Source: Patescibacteria group bacterium (GTDB lineage: Bacteria > Patescibacteriota > Microgenomatia > UBA8517). From it: a DNA stretch of 64,000 nucleotides. The number at the start of each line of letters is the position of its first letter. Position 1 is the first letter of the stretch. Positions 55,883-64,000 of this stretch are shown here, piece after piece. Both the position numbers and the translations under genes were made by a program. The DNA lies in assembly GCA_036835125.1 (NCBI GenBank), contig DAITMO010000001.1, positions 191,508-255,507 of the forward strand, written 5' to 3'. Under the pieces are notes generated by a model. It saw nothing but the letters and a program-made list of their open reading frames with translations. It did no database searches and had not been told where the DNA came from.

Positions 55883-57124
55883 ATGGACAAATTTAGTTTT
55901 AAAAACCTAATTCATCAGAAAAAATTTGTTATAACTATTAGTTTTGTTGGTTTATTTCTTTTCTCTGTTGGGATTTCTTTAGTGGTTTTTTATTTTGTTT
56001 CTCCAAAGAGTGCATCAAGTTTATTATCTGAGATAAGTAAAAAGACTAAGGTTAATATTAATCTTCCAAAAACAGAAGAGTGTCCAATAAGTGGTGAGAA
56101 GTTTACAACAGCCGAAAGCTCAGTTTGGGAGACAAGGCGACCGATAATTGCAATGATTGAAAATCATTTGGATGCAAGACCTGAATCAGGTTTATCTAAC
56201 GCAGATGTTGTTTATGAAGCAGTTGCTGAAGGTGGAATTACAAGGTTTGCAGCGGTCTTTTATTGTGGAGCATCAGTTGGTGAAGTTGAGGCGGCTCCTA
56301 TTAGAAGTGCTAGGGTTTATTATATAAACATGGCTGCAGGATATGGAACTGATCCAATATACCTTCATCAGGGTGGAGCTAATAATATTTGTAGTACTTG
56401 CCCAGGTGGAGTTAAACCAGCTTCTCAGAGTAATCCCAAAGTGAACACAGTTACTCTTTTAGAAAAACTTGGTTGGGGTGGTGGACCTACTGGAAACAAT
56501 TTCGATGGTGGTTACAATATTGGTTATCCAATTGTGGTTAGAGATCAATATAGGCTTGATCCAAATAATGCTTCTGCCTGGGAACATGCAGTTGTTGCTA
56601 GTTTAGATGAGGTTTGGAAAGAAGCAGAAAAAAGAGGATATAAATTTAAAGATGAAGATGGTACCCCTTGGACAAAAGGGTTTAAGAAATGGACATTCCA
56701 GGATGGGAAAGCTTTAGATACACCAACTGCAACAAATATAAAATTCAACTTCTGGGATAGTATGCCAGGGTACGATGTCGAATGGAAATATGATTCTGCT
56801 AGTAATTCATATCTAAGACATAACGGAGGTAAGGCTCATGTTGATTGGGAGTTTGATAAACCTCAATTAAAAGCCTCAAATGTTGTTATAATGTTTGTCA
56901 AAGAAACAGGACCACTTGATACAGAGCACCACATGTATTACGAGGTTATCGGAACAGGAGAATCAATTGTTTTCCAGAATGGAGAAGCGGTAGAAGGAAC
57001 GTGGAAGAAAGCATCAGCGCTTGACAGGGAAGTTTTTTATGATACAAATGGGAAGGAGATACAAATGGTTAGAGGGGCTACTTGGGTAGAAATGGTTCCT
57101 TCTACAAATAAAGTATCTTATTAA
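55883..57124 (+). CDS. DUF3048-family (YerB-like) membrane-anchored extracytoplasmic protein.
   Basis: N-terminal TM, then ...PIIAMIENHLDARPESGLSNADVVYEAVAEGGITRFAAVF..., the characteristic DUF3048 N-domain block. Confidence 0.5.
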   Translation: MDKFSFKNLIHQKKFVITISFVGLFLFSVGISLVVFYFVSPKSASSLLSEISKKTKVNINLPKTEECPISGEKFTTAESSVWETRRPIIAMIENHLDARPESGLSNADVVYEAVAEGGITRFAAVFYCGASVGEVEAAPIRSARVYYINMAAGYGTDPIYLHQGGANNICSTCPGGVKPASQSNPKVNTVTLLEKLGWGGGPTGNNFDGGYNIGYPIVVRDQYRLDPNNASAWEHAVVASLDEVWKEAEKRGYKFKDEDGTPWTKGFKKWTFQDGKALDTPTATNIKFNFWDSMPGYDVEWKYDSASNSYLRHNGGKAHVDWEFDKPQLKASNVVIMFVKETGPLDTEHHMYYEVIGTGESIVFQNGEAVEGTWKKASALDREVFYDTNGKEIQMVRGATWVEMVPSTNKVSY

Positions 57125-57149
57125 TAGACTAATCTGCTCCAACAAATAG

Positions 57150-57734
57150 ATGGTAAACCTATCTGACATTATTACTTCAAAAGTGAGAATTAAAATTTTG
57201 GAGCTATTTTTTTCCAATCTGAAGGAAGTTTACCATGTCAGAGGAATTGTTCGTGAAACTTCTGAGGAGATTAATGCTGTAAGACGTGAGCTTACTAAAA
57301 TGGAAAAAGATGGTATTCTCAAAAAGGAACCCCGTGGGAATAGAATTTATTACTCTGTTAGGCCAGAATATCCCTTCTTTGGTGATTTGGTTTCAATGGT
57401 TGCAAAAACCACAGGTTTAGGAAAAGTAATAAATGAAAATAAGAATAAAATTGGAAGAATCTCTTTTGTTATGTTTTCAGGAAAATTTGTTAGGTATAAA
57501 GAAAGAAAAAGAGATGATGATGTAGATATTTTAGTAGTTGGAGAAGTTGTTCTTCCTGAGCTCGCATCAATAATTAGAGCAGAAGAGACAAAACGTGATA
57601 TGGAGATTAACTACACAGCAATGAGTAGGGAAGAATATGATTTTAGAAAGAAAAGACGTGATCCATTCCTCTTGGGGATTCTTTCTGGAAGCCGTGCTAT
57701 GATTATAGGGGATGAGGAAGACCTCGTCGGATAA
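57150..57734 (+). CDS. Winged-helix DNA-binding domain fused to a minimal nucleotidyltransferase-like domain; putative regulator.
   Basis: wHTH ...RIKILELFFSN...VRGIVRETSEEINAVRRELTKMEKDGIL...; NTase-like ...FVMFSGKFVRYKERKRDDDVDILVVGE... Confidence 0.45.
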   Translation: MVNLSDIITSKVRIKILELFFSNLKEVYHVRGIVRETSEEINAVRRELTKMEKDGILKKEPRGNRIYYSVRPEYPFFGDLVSMVAKTTGLGKVINENKNKIGRISFVMFSGKFVRYKERKRDDDVDILVVGEVVLPELASIIRAEETKRDMEINYTAMSREEYDFRKKRRDPFLLGILSGSRAMIIGDEEDLVG

Positions 57735-57735
57735 T

Positions 57736-59076
57736 ATGTTTTCTACTCCTGTTAAAAAGCTTATATTTATTGTTGTTTTATCCTTACTCTCAATTTTTAT
57801 AAGTTTGCCAAGAAATTTTTATATCTTTGGAAAATCTGTTAGTTTACCAAACATAAATATCAATATTGGTAAATTCAATCTCAACCGAGAAATAAAAATG
57901 CATTATGGTCTTGATTTGGCTGGTGGAAGCAAGCTTGTATTTGAAGCTGACACAAATGGAATTCCTGGGGAGAAAAAGGAAGATGCACTAATTGGAGTTA
58001 GAAACATTATTGAAAGTAGGGTTAATATGTTTGGGATATCTGAATCGACAGTTCAAACTTCAAAATTTGAAGGAAAAGATAGAATAATAGTTGAGCTCCC
58101 TGGAATTTCTGACACTGCTTCAGCGATAGATTTGATTGGGAAGACTGCTCAGCTTATGTTTGCTGAAGTTCAAATTGCCTCACCTTCTGGGAGTGCAACA
58201 CCTTCTGCTACTCTATCCCCAACAGATCTTACGGGTGCTGACCTTAAAAGCGCACAAGTAGATTTTGATGGGAATACAGGAAGTCCTGTTGTGTCTTTGG
58301 AATTTACTGAAGAAGGTGGAAATAAATTTGCTGAAATTACTGGAAGAAATGTTGGACAAGAACTTCCAATAATACTTGATAATCAAATGCTTTCAGCTCC
58401 CAATGTTTCTGAAAAAATTACTGGTGGTAAAGCTCAAATATCTGGAAGTTTTACACTAGAAGAGGCTAAAAAATTGGCAATACAACTTAATGCAGGAGCT
58501 CTTCCTGTACCAGTGAATTTGATAGAACAAAAAACAGTAGAAGCTACTCTTGGGGCAATTTCAATAAAAGAAAGTATATTGGCAGGAGTTGTGGGTCTTT
58601 TTATGGTTGGAACATTTATGATTTTATCATATGGCAAACTAGGGGTAGTTGCCAACATTGGTCTTTTTGTTTTTTCAGTTATATCTATCGCTCTTTATAA
58701 ATTAATTCCAATAACTCTTACTCTTCCTGGAATTGCTGGGTTTATGCTTTCTATTGGTATGGCTGTTGATAGTAACATTCTTATCTTTGAGAGGTTTAAG
58801 GAGGAAAAGTTGAAGAGAAATATTCCCGATGCACTGGAGGTTTCTTTTGGTAGGGCATGGGATTCTATAAGGGATGCAAATGTGGCAACTATTATTACTT
58901 CTCTAGTACTTATTAATCCAATGAATTGGGAGTTTCTTCCACTTTCTGGACCAGTTAGGGGATTTGCAATCACTCTTTTAATTGGGGTGATTCTATCTTT
59001 GTTTACAGGAATTTATGTTAGTAGAAATTTATTAAGAATTTTTGTCAAAGAAAAAAGAAAGGAGGACAAAAAATGA
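57736..59076 (+). CDS. secD: Protein translocase subunit SecD.
   Basis: ...HYGLDLAGGSKLVFEAD...; six C-terminal TM helices. Confidence 0.9.
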   Translation: MFSTPVKKLIFIVVLSLLSIFISLPRNFYIFGKSVSLPNININIGKFNLNREIKMHYGLDLAGGSKLVFEADTNGIPGEKKEDALIGVRNIIESRVNMFGISESTVQTSKFEGKDRIIVELPGISDTASAIDLIGKTAQLMFAEVQIASPSGSATPSATLSPTDLTGADLKSAQVDFDGNTGSPVVSLEFTEEGGNKFAEITGRNVGQELPIILDNQMLSAPNVSEKITGGKAQISGSFTLEEAKKLAIQLNAGALPVPVNLIEQKTVEATLGAISIKESILAGVVGLFMVGTFMILSYGKLGVVANIGLFVFSVISIALYKLIPITLTLPGIAGFMLSIGMAVDSNILIFERFKEEKLKRNIPDALEVSFGRAWDSIRDANVATIITSLVLINPMNWEFLPLSGPVRGFAITLLIGVILSLFTGIYVSRNLLRIFVKEKRKEDKK

Positions 59077-59882
59077 AGTGGATGAAATACCGCTTTATTT
59101 ATCTTTTGATTTCGGGAACTCTAATAATTGCTGGAATATTATCAATGATTAAATGGGGTTTTAATGTGGGAATAGAATTTACTGGTGGAAGTACTCTTGA
59201 ATATAAACTTCCAAATGGAAACATTAAGACATACAAAGAAAAGGAAATAACTGAGGAACGAAAGATTGAAATTAAAACAAATTTAGAAAAAGAAGTTGGT
59301 GGGGAAGTTTTAGAAGTTGGTTTTGAAAGTATTGGTCCAACAGTTGGACCAGAAACTGTTAAAAGAACAATATATGCTCTTATCATTTCAACTTCTGCAA
59401 TATTACTTTGGATCGCTTATCAGTTCAAAAATTACAAGTTTGGAGTTTCGGCCACACTCGCTACTCTCCATGATAGCCTTATTCTTATTGGAAGCTTTTC
59501 TCTTCTGGGACATTTTTTTGGAGCTGAGATAGATTTCCTTTTTGTGACAGCACTTCTAACCATTCTTTCATTTTCAGTTCATGACACAATTGTTGTTTTT
59601 GACAGAATTAGAGAAATGAGTAAAGGGAGTATTAAAAGTGTTTCAGAGCTTGCTGATATTGCGATTTCCGAAACAATGGTCAGGTCAATCAACAACTCTT
59701 TCACAATTATATTCATGCTTCTATCCCTAATTCTTTTGGGTGGGGAGTCGATTAAATGGTTTGCAGTTGCTCTTCTAATTGGAACGGTGTCAGGTACTTA
59801 TTCATCTCCATTTGTAGCAGTTTCAATTCTTGCAACATGGGATGGTTTTGCAAAAAAGGCTAGATTAAAGAAGTCGAAGTAA
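59073..59882 (+). CDS. secF: Protein translocase subunit SecF.
   Basis: ...GIEFTGGSTLEYKL...; ATGA overlap with secD. Confidence 0.9.
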   Translation: MKWMKYRFIYLLISGTLIIAGILSMIKWGFNVGIEFTGGSTLEYKLPNGNIKTYKEKEITEERKIEIKTNLEKEVGGEVLEVGFESIGPTVGPETVKRTIYALIISTSAILLWIAYQFKNYKFGVSATLATLHDSLILIGSFSLLGHFFGAEIDFLFVTALLTILSFSVHDTIVVFDRIREMSKGSIKSVSELADIAISETMVRSINNSFTIIFMLLSLILLGGESIKWFAVALLIGTVSGTYSSPFVAVSILATWDGFAKKARLKKSK

Positions 59883-61190
59883 TTCTTCTTTATCATTCTC
59901 AACCTCTTTATTTATTACTTTTTCAAATAAATCATTTAATATTTTTCCTACCTCTGGACCTGGTTTAAGGTTTAGTTTTTTCATTACATCGTTTCCATTG
60001 ATTTTTAAGTCTTCCACAGTAAATGGTTCTTTTTGAACTTCGATAAGTCTCTTTTTAAATTCTTCTAGGCGCCAGGAAGTTTCTCTGGCTCCACCTCCAA
60101 GTCTATCGGCTACACGAAGGGAGAGCATTTCTTCCATATTTTCAGGTCCAACATTTCTTAATATTCTTCTAATTGCCGAGTCTGTTTGATTTTCATCAAC
60201 TGTAAATTGATGCCAACGAACAAGTTTTATAAATTTATCTGTTTCTTTATTTGAAAATCTTAGACGTTCTGCGATACTTTCTGCAATTTTTGTTGAAACC
60301 ATTTCATGATTATAGAAAGTAATTACTCCGTTTTGGAGTTTTCTATATGTTTGAGGTTTTCCTATATCATGAATTAGTGTTGCGAAGCGGGTAATAGGGT
60401 CCTTGCTTTTACATTCTTTTAAGCTCATAAAAAGGTGAGTACCAACGTCATATATGTGATGCCTTCCAGGGGACTTTTGTTCAATCCCAAAGCATTTCAT
60501 CAGTTCAGGGATTATCTCTTCCATAAGACCCGATTCTTTGAAGTGAATCATTCCTTCATATGGGTTATCGGATGAGAGGATTTTGAAAAGCTCATCTTTT
60601 ACTCTTTCTTTTGCAATTTTGTTAATAAGTGGGGCATTTTTCTTTATGGCTTCAAAAGTTTTTTCTTCAATTTTAAAGCTTAGCTCACCTGCAATACGAA
60701 CTGCCCTCATCATTCGTAAAGCGTCTTCATTAAATCTTTCATCTGGATTTCCTACTGCTCTTATAAGTTTATCTTTTATATCTTTTTGCCCATCGTAATA
60801 ATCTTCTATTTCATTCTTTTTGTTTAGTGCCATGGCGTTTATTGTGAAGTCACGTCTTGAGAGATCTTCTTTCAAGGTTTTACCCCAAGATATTTCATCA
60901 GGGTGGCGTGAATCAGAATATCCTTTTTCTGTCCTGTAGGTTGTAATTTGAAATGGTTTGGGGAACTCTGGATCAATAAGACCCACTGTTCCAAATTCAT
61001 TATCATAAAATCCGTCTGGTATTACTTTTAAGATTTCTTCAGGTGTTGCGTTTGTTGTAAAGTCCCAATCATTAACAAGCCTGCCCATGATAATATCCCT
61101 AACAGCTCCTCCTGCAACATATATTTCATATCCTTTGGTACTAAATTTGTTCAAAAGACCTTGTACAGATTTTGGTAAATTGATATCCAT
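59865..61190 (-). CDS. cca: CCA-adding enzyme / tRNA nucleotidyltransferase with HD domain.
   Basis: ...GYEIYVAGGAVRDIIMGRLVNDWDFTT...; HD ...LIHDIGKP... Confidence 0.8.
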   Translation of the reverse strand: MDINLPKSVQGLLNKFSTKGYEIYVAGGAVRDIIMGRLVNDWDFTTNATPEEILKVIPDGFYDNEFGTVGLIDPEFPKPFQITTYRTEKGYSDSRHPDEISWGKTLKEDLSRRDFTINAMALNKKNEIEDYYDGQKDIKDKLIRAVGNPDERFNEDALRMMRAVRIAGELSFKIEEKTFEAIKKNAPLINKIAKERVKDELFKILSSDNPYEGMIHFKESGLMEEIIPELMKCFGIEQKSPGRHHIYDVGTHLFMSLKECKSKDPITRFATLIHDIGKPQTYRKLQNGVITFYNHEMVSTKIAESIAERLRFSNKETDKFIKLVRWHQFTVDENQTDSAIRRILRNVGPENMEEMLSLRVADRLGGGARETSWRLEEFKKRLIEVQKEPFTVEDLKINGNDVMKKLNLKPGPEVGKILNDLFEKVINKEVENDKEELLRLL

Positions 61191-61193
61191 AGT

Positions 61194-62852
61194 GTGATAC
61201 CCTATTATAGCAATATGAAATGGGAGATTTTAGATCAATCGAAGGTAGAGAGTCAAAAAGAGCTTATTTCCATTCTTCTTAAGAATCGTGGAGTGGAAAT
61301 GGCAAGAGAAAAAAAGGAGTTTTTAGAACCAACAAATCCTTTAGAAATTGAGATTAAAGAAGTTGGGTTAACTGATACATCTATTAAAAGAGCTATTGAG
61401 AGGGTTAAAAAAGCAAAAAAAAACCATGAGTTTGTTGTTATCTATGGAGATTATGATGCAGATGGAATTACAGCTTCAGCAATCTTATGGGAAACGCTAC
61501 ATGAGGTAGGTCTTGATGTTTTGCCCTTCATACCTGATAGGTTTGAAGATGGTTATGGTATAAAATCTCAGACTGTTGAGAAATTAAAAACAAAGTTTCC
61601 CAACCTTTCTTTGATTATCACAATAGACAATGGAATTGTTGCCTATGATGGAATTAAAAAGGCAAAGGAACTTGGGATTGATACAATAGTTATTGATCAC
61701 CATCAAAAGGGAACAAAAAAACTTTTGACCCCATACGTTTTACACGCAACCAGTATTTGTGGATCTGCACTTGCTTGGTTTTTTTCTAGGGAGCTTTCCA
61801 AATCCTACAAATTACCGATATCTTTATCTCGTTCAAAACTTGAACTTGCTGCAATTGGAACAATTGCTGATCAGATGCTATTAACGGGTGTAAATCGAGC
61901 TGTGGTGAAATTTGGACTAGTTGAACTGAATAAAACAAAGAGACCTGGTCTTTTGAGTCTTTATAAAGACGCTGGAATAAAAGAGATTGGTCCATATGAA
62001 ATTGGATTTGTCATAGCTCCTCGTATAAATTCAATGGGAAGATTAAAAAACGGACTTGAATCTCTAAGGCTACTTTGTACTAAAGACAAAGTTCGTGCAA
62101 TGCGTATTTCGATAGATATTGGGAAGACAAATACTGATCGTCAGAAAATAGTAGATGAAGTAGTTACCCATGCTTTAGAGTCAAACATTGGAGAAAGTGG
62201 CGTTATAGTATTAGCAAGTGAAGTTTATCATGAAGGGGTAATTGGACTGGCTGCAGCAAAGCTTGTAGAAAAGTTTTATAGACCTGCCGTTGTTATATCA
62301 AAAGGAAAAGAGGTTTCAAAAGCCTCTGCTAGGTCTATCTCAGGATTTAACATTATTGAGGCGGTAAGAAGTGTAAATCTTCATATAGAAGGAGGGGGCC
62401 ATCCCATGGCTGCTGGTTTTTCTATAGAGTCAGTAAAAATAGAAAAATTCACTAAAGAAATAAATAAGTATGCAAAAACAATATTAACAAATGAAATGTT
62501 GGAAAAGAAAGTTAAAGTTGATTGCGAAATTAATTTTAAGTTAATAGATAATGTTCTAATTGATTCTTTAAAAATATTTGAACCAGTGGGGCTTGGAAAT
62601 CCTCAACCAGTCTTTGAAACAAAAGGTATTAATTTAGTCGAAGCTAAACCTGTTGGAAGAGATGCAAAACATATTAAGATCAAACTAAAACAAGATGAAC
62701 AAATTTTTGATTCAATATATTTTGGTGGAGGAGAAATTTACTCAAAACTGTCTCCTGATGCAAAAATAGATATTGTTTATAATGTTGAAGAAAATGTTTG
62801 GAATGGATATATAAATATTCAGCTTAGGATTCGAGATTTGAAACTTGCTTGA
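61194..62852 (+). CDS. recJ: Single-stranded-DNA-specific exonuclease RecJ.
   Basis: DHH motifs ...VVIYGDYDADGITASAIL..., ...IVIDHHQ...; DHHA1 ...GGGHPMAAGFS... Confidence 0.85.
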   Translation: MIPYYSNMKWEILDQSKVESQKELISILLKNRGVEMAREKKEFLEPTNPLEIEIKEVGLTDTSIKRAIERVKKAKKNHEFVVIYGDYDADGITASAILWETLHEVGLDVLPFIPDRFEDGYGIKSQTVEKLKTKFPNLSLIITIDNGIVAYDGIKKAKELGIDTIVIDHHQKGTKKLLTPYVLHATSICGSALAWFFSRELSKSYKLPISLSRSKLELAAIGTIADQMLLTGVNRAVVKFGLVELNKTKRPGLLSLYKDAGIKEIGPYEIGFVIAPRINSMGRLKNGLESLRLLCTKDKVRAMRISIDIGKTNTDRQKIVDEVVTHALESNIGESGVIVLASEVYHEGVIGLAAAKLVEKFYRPAVVISKGKEVSKASARSISGFNIIEAVRSVNLHIEGGGHPMAAGFSIESVKIEKFTKEINKYAKTILTNEMLEKKVKVDCEINFKLIDNVLIDSLKIFEPVGLGNPQPVFETKGINLVEAKPVGRDAKHIKIKLKQDEQIFDSIYFGGGEIYSKLSPDAKIDIVYNVEENVWNGYINIQLRIRDLKLA

Positions 62853-62908
62853 CCCCATCTAACTAACCATTTTAATTTCAATGATTAAAATAGATGGGGT
62901 CTTTTGTT
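62851..62908 (+). terminator. Long-loop hairpin terminator after recJ (11-bp stem GACCCCATCTA / TAGATGGGGTC, then a T-run); also 3' of the convergent zinc-knuckle gene.
   Basis: gaccccatctaactaaccattttaatttcaatgattaaaatagatggggtcttttgtt read directly. Confidence 0.5.
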
Positions 62909-62920
62909 CTGACTTTATCT

Positions 62921-63094
62921 TTATTGTGCGGCAAAATAATGTTTTTTGGTGGTGTTTTGATTCGTTGTCTCTGGTATGGTTGGATTTGTTCTGAATCCTT
63001 CAAAATCTTCTGGCAATTCTATAACATCAACATCTTCTTTTTTGGGACAATTATCACTTTCATGCCATTCCGACCCACAGATACTACATTTCAT
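62921..63094 (-). CDS. 57-aa peptide with a CCHC zinc knuckle (C-x2-C-x4-H-x4-C).
   Basis: MKCSICGSEWHESDNCPKKEDVDVIELPEDFEGFRTNPTIPETTNQNTTKKHYFAAQ. Strong SD GAGGAGGA 8 nt upstream; start ATG at 63094 (the track's longer ORF begins upstream of the SD). Confidence 0.45.
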   Translation of the reverse strand: MKCSICGSEWHESDNCPKKEDVDVIELPEDFEGFRTNPTIPETTNQNTTKKHYFAAQ

Positions 63095-63118
63095 AATATC
63101 CTCCTCAAGATATAGTAG

Positions 63119-63180
63119 AAACTGAATAGTCTTAATACACAAATATGCAATTACTTTGTGTATCCATTTCTACTCAGTTT
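63119..63180. promoter_or_regulatory. Long nested inverted repeat (outer AAACTGAATAG / CTACTCAGTTT with one mismatch; inner TACACAAA / TTTGTGTA) just upstream of the zinc-knuckle gene.
   Basis: aaactgaatagtcttaatacacaaatatgcaattactttgtgtatccatttctactcagttt read directly. Confidence 0.3.
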
Positions 63181-63222
63181 TTGTTAAAGAACAATTTTGA
63201 TTAAATAACCAACATTTTTAAC

Positions 63223-63258
63223 ATTAAAAAAACCTCTTTTAATGAAGAGGTTTTACTT
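63223..63258. terminator. Terminator-like hairpin (AACCTCTT-ttaatg-AAGAGGTT) flanked by A and T runs, lying in a divergent intergenic region.
   Basis: ttaaaaaaacctcttttaatgaagaggttttactttt read directly. Confidence 0.35.
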
Positions 63259-63420
63259 TTAAAAACAAAACAAGTAAAACCCCTAGATAAAGAGGTTAAT
63301 AACTGAAATTTGTTTTGTTTCGGCAAAAATATTCATGTTGATATAGGTATTACACAAAAATAATTGGTGCGTGTCAAGAGTAGCTTGGCGAAGGAACGTT
63401 CTGAATGTATAATAGTTCTC

Positions 63421-64000
63421 ATGGAGAGGACACTAATTACTGAAACATCAAAGAAGGTTGGGGAGAAAGTTTGTATCAAAGGTTGGGCGAATACAGTACG
63501 TGATCATGGAAAAATTAGTTTTATAGATCTTAGAGATCGTACAGGAATAGTTCAGTGTGTTGGACAAAATTTAGAGAAGGTTTCACCGGAATCAGCAATC
63601 GAGATTATTGGAACGGTAGCAGAAAGACCTGAAAAACTTATTAACTCAAAAATTAATACAGGGAAAATTGAAATTCAAATAGAAGAACTCAATGTTTTAT
63701 CTCAGGCCAGTGAATTACCATTTGATATAGGTGGCGAAGACTTAAATCTGGACTTACCAACACTTCTGGATAATAGATCTCTTACCCTAAGGCATCCAAA
63801 ACAGCAGGCAATTTTTAAAGTACAAGCTGTAATTATTGATGCTTTTCGTGAAGCACTTATTAAAAAGGATTTTATGGAGTTTCAGGCACCAACCTTAATT
63901 TCAGCGGTTCCCGAAGGAGGAGCTGAAGTTTTTAAGGTTAAGTATTTTGATAATGAGGTATATCTTTCACAAAGCCCACAACTTTATAAATCTCTTTTGG
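63421..64000 (+). CDS. aspS: Aspartyl-tRNA synthetase (class IIb; could be non-discriminating Asp/Asn type), N-terminal portion; continues past the window end.
   Basis: N-terminal OB anticodon-binding domain, then ...LRHPKQQAIFKVQAVIIDAFREALIKKDFMEFQAPTLISAVPEGGAEVFKV...YLSQSPQLYKS... TTGGCG-17-TATAAT promoter-like hexamers just upstream. Confidence 0.85.
   Translation, partial: MERTLITETSKKVGEKVCIKGWANTVRDHGKISFIDLRDRTGIVQCVGQNLEKVSPESAIEIIGTVAERPEKLINSKINTGKIEIQIEELNVLSQASELPFDIGGEDLNLDLPTLLDNRSLTLRHPKQQAIFKVQAVIIDAFREALIKKDFMEFQAPTLISAVPEGGAEVFKVKYFDNEVYLSQSPQLYKSLL

Noticed and set aside
1-64000. CRISPR arrays, rRNA genes, transposase or integrase genes.
   Set aside because: None seen. 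No regularly spaced direct repeats, no 16S/23S/5S signatures (for example no GGATCACCTCCTT region context), and no DDE or tyrosine-recombinase motifs in any ORF.

Overview
The window is low-GC (~36%), uses standard genetic code 11 (TGA terminates, including ATGA stop/start overlaps), and is almost entirely one housekeeping super-operon in a compact arrangement typical of Candidate Phyla Radiation (Patescibacteria)-like genomes. The order is alaS(3' end)-membrane protein-sortase-ruvX ... mltG-rpoB-rpoC-rpsL-rpsG-fusA-tuf-rpsJ-[425 bp insert]-rplC-rplD-rplW-rplB-rpsS-rplV-rpsC-rplP-rpmC-rpsQ-rplN-rplX-rplE-rpsN(Z-type)-rpsH-rplF-rplR-rpsE-rplO-[~9 kb accessory island]-secY-adk-map-infA-rpmJ-rpsM-rpsK-rpsD-rpoA-rplQ-rplM-rpsI-tRNA-Pro-recA-recX-rny-hup-ABC transporter-miaA-AI-2E transporter-(rnpB, pyrH on minus)-dtd-nth-like-...-secD-secF-cca(minus)-recJ-aspS(5' end). 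No rpmD (L30) lies between rpsE and rplO. No rRNA, CRISPR array or obvious transposase/integrase was seen. The main points of interest are these. (1) A ~9 kb block of accessory genes sits between rplO and secY inside the spc operon. It carries a MazG-like NTP pyrophosphohydrolase, a higher-GC frameshifted Cys-rich HExxH gene remnant, a membrane protein, a nucleoside 2-deoxyribosyltransferase-like protein, peptide deformylase, a SAM methyltransferase, a HEPN-domain protein with a translationally coupled unknown partner, a membrane-anchored thermonuclease, hydrolases, Nudix and RdgB. (2) rplO is split into two ORFs exactly at an A6 homopolymer. (3) The 425-bp insert between rpsJ and rplC holds a small ORF, an extended -10 promoter and a strong intrinsic terminator. 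(4) The ORF track misses several small genes: a reduced RNase P RNA on the minus strand, tRNA-Pro(GGG), rpmJ, a 45-aa poly-Lys/Ala/Val peptide, a 44-aa zinc-ribbon peptide and a 57-aa CCHC zinc-knuckle peptide, each with a strong Shine-Dalgarno. (5) An orphan ~400-aa protein of unknown function on the opposite strand faces a divergent small zinc-ribbon protein. Every functional call rests on motifs read by eye and remembered family signatures; no database search was run.
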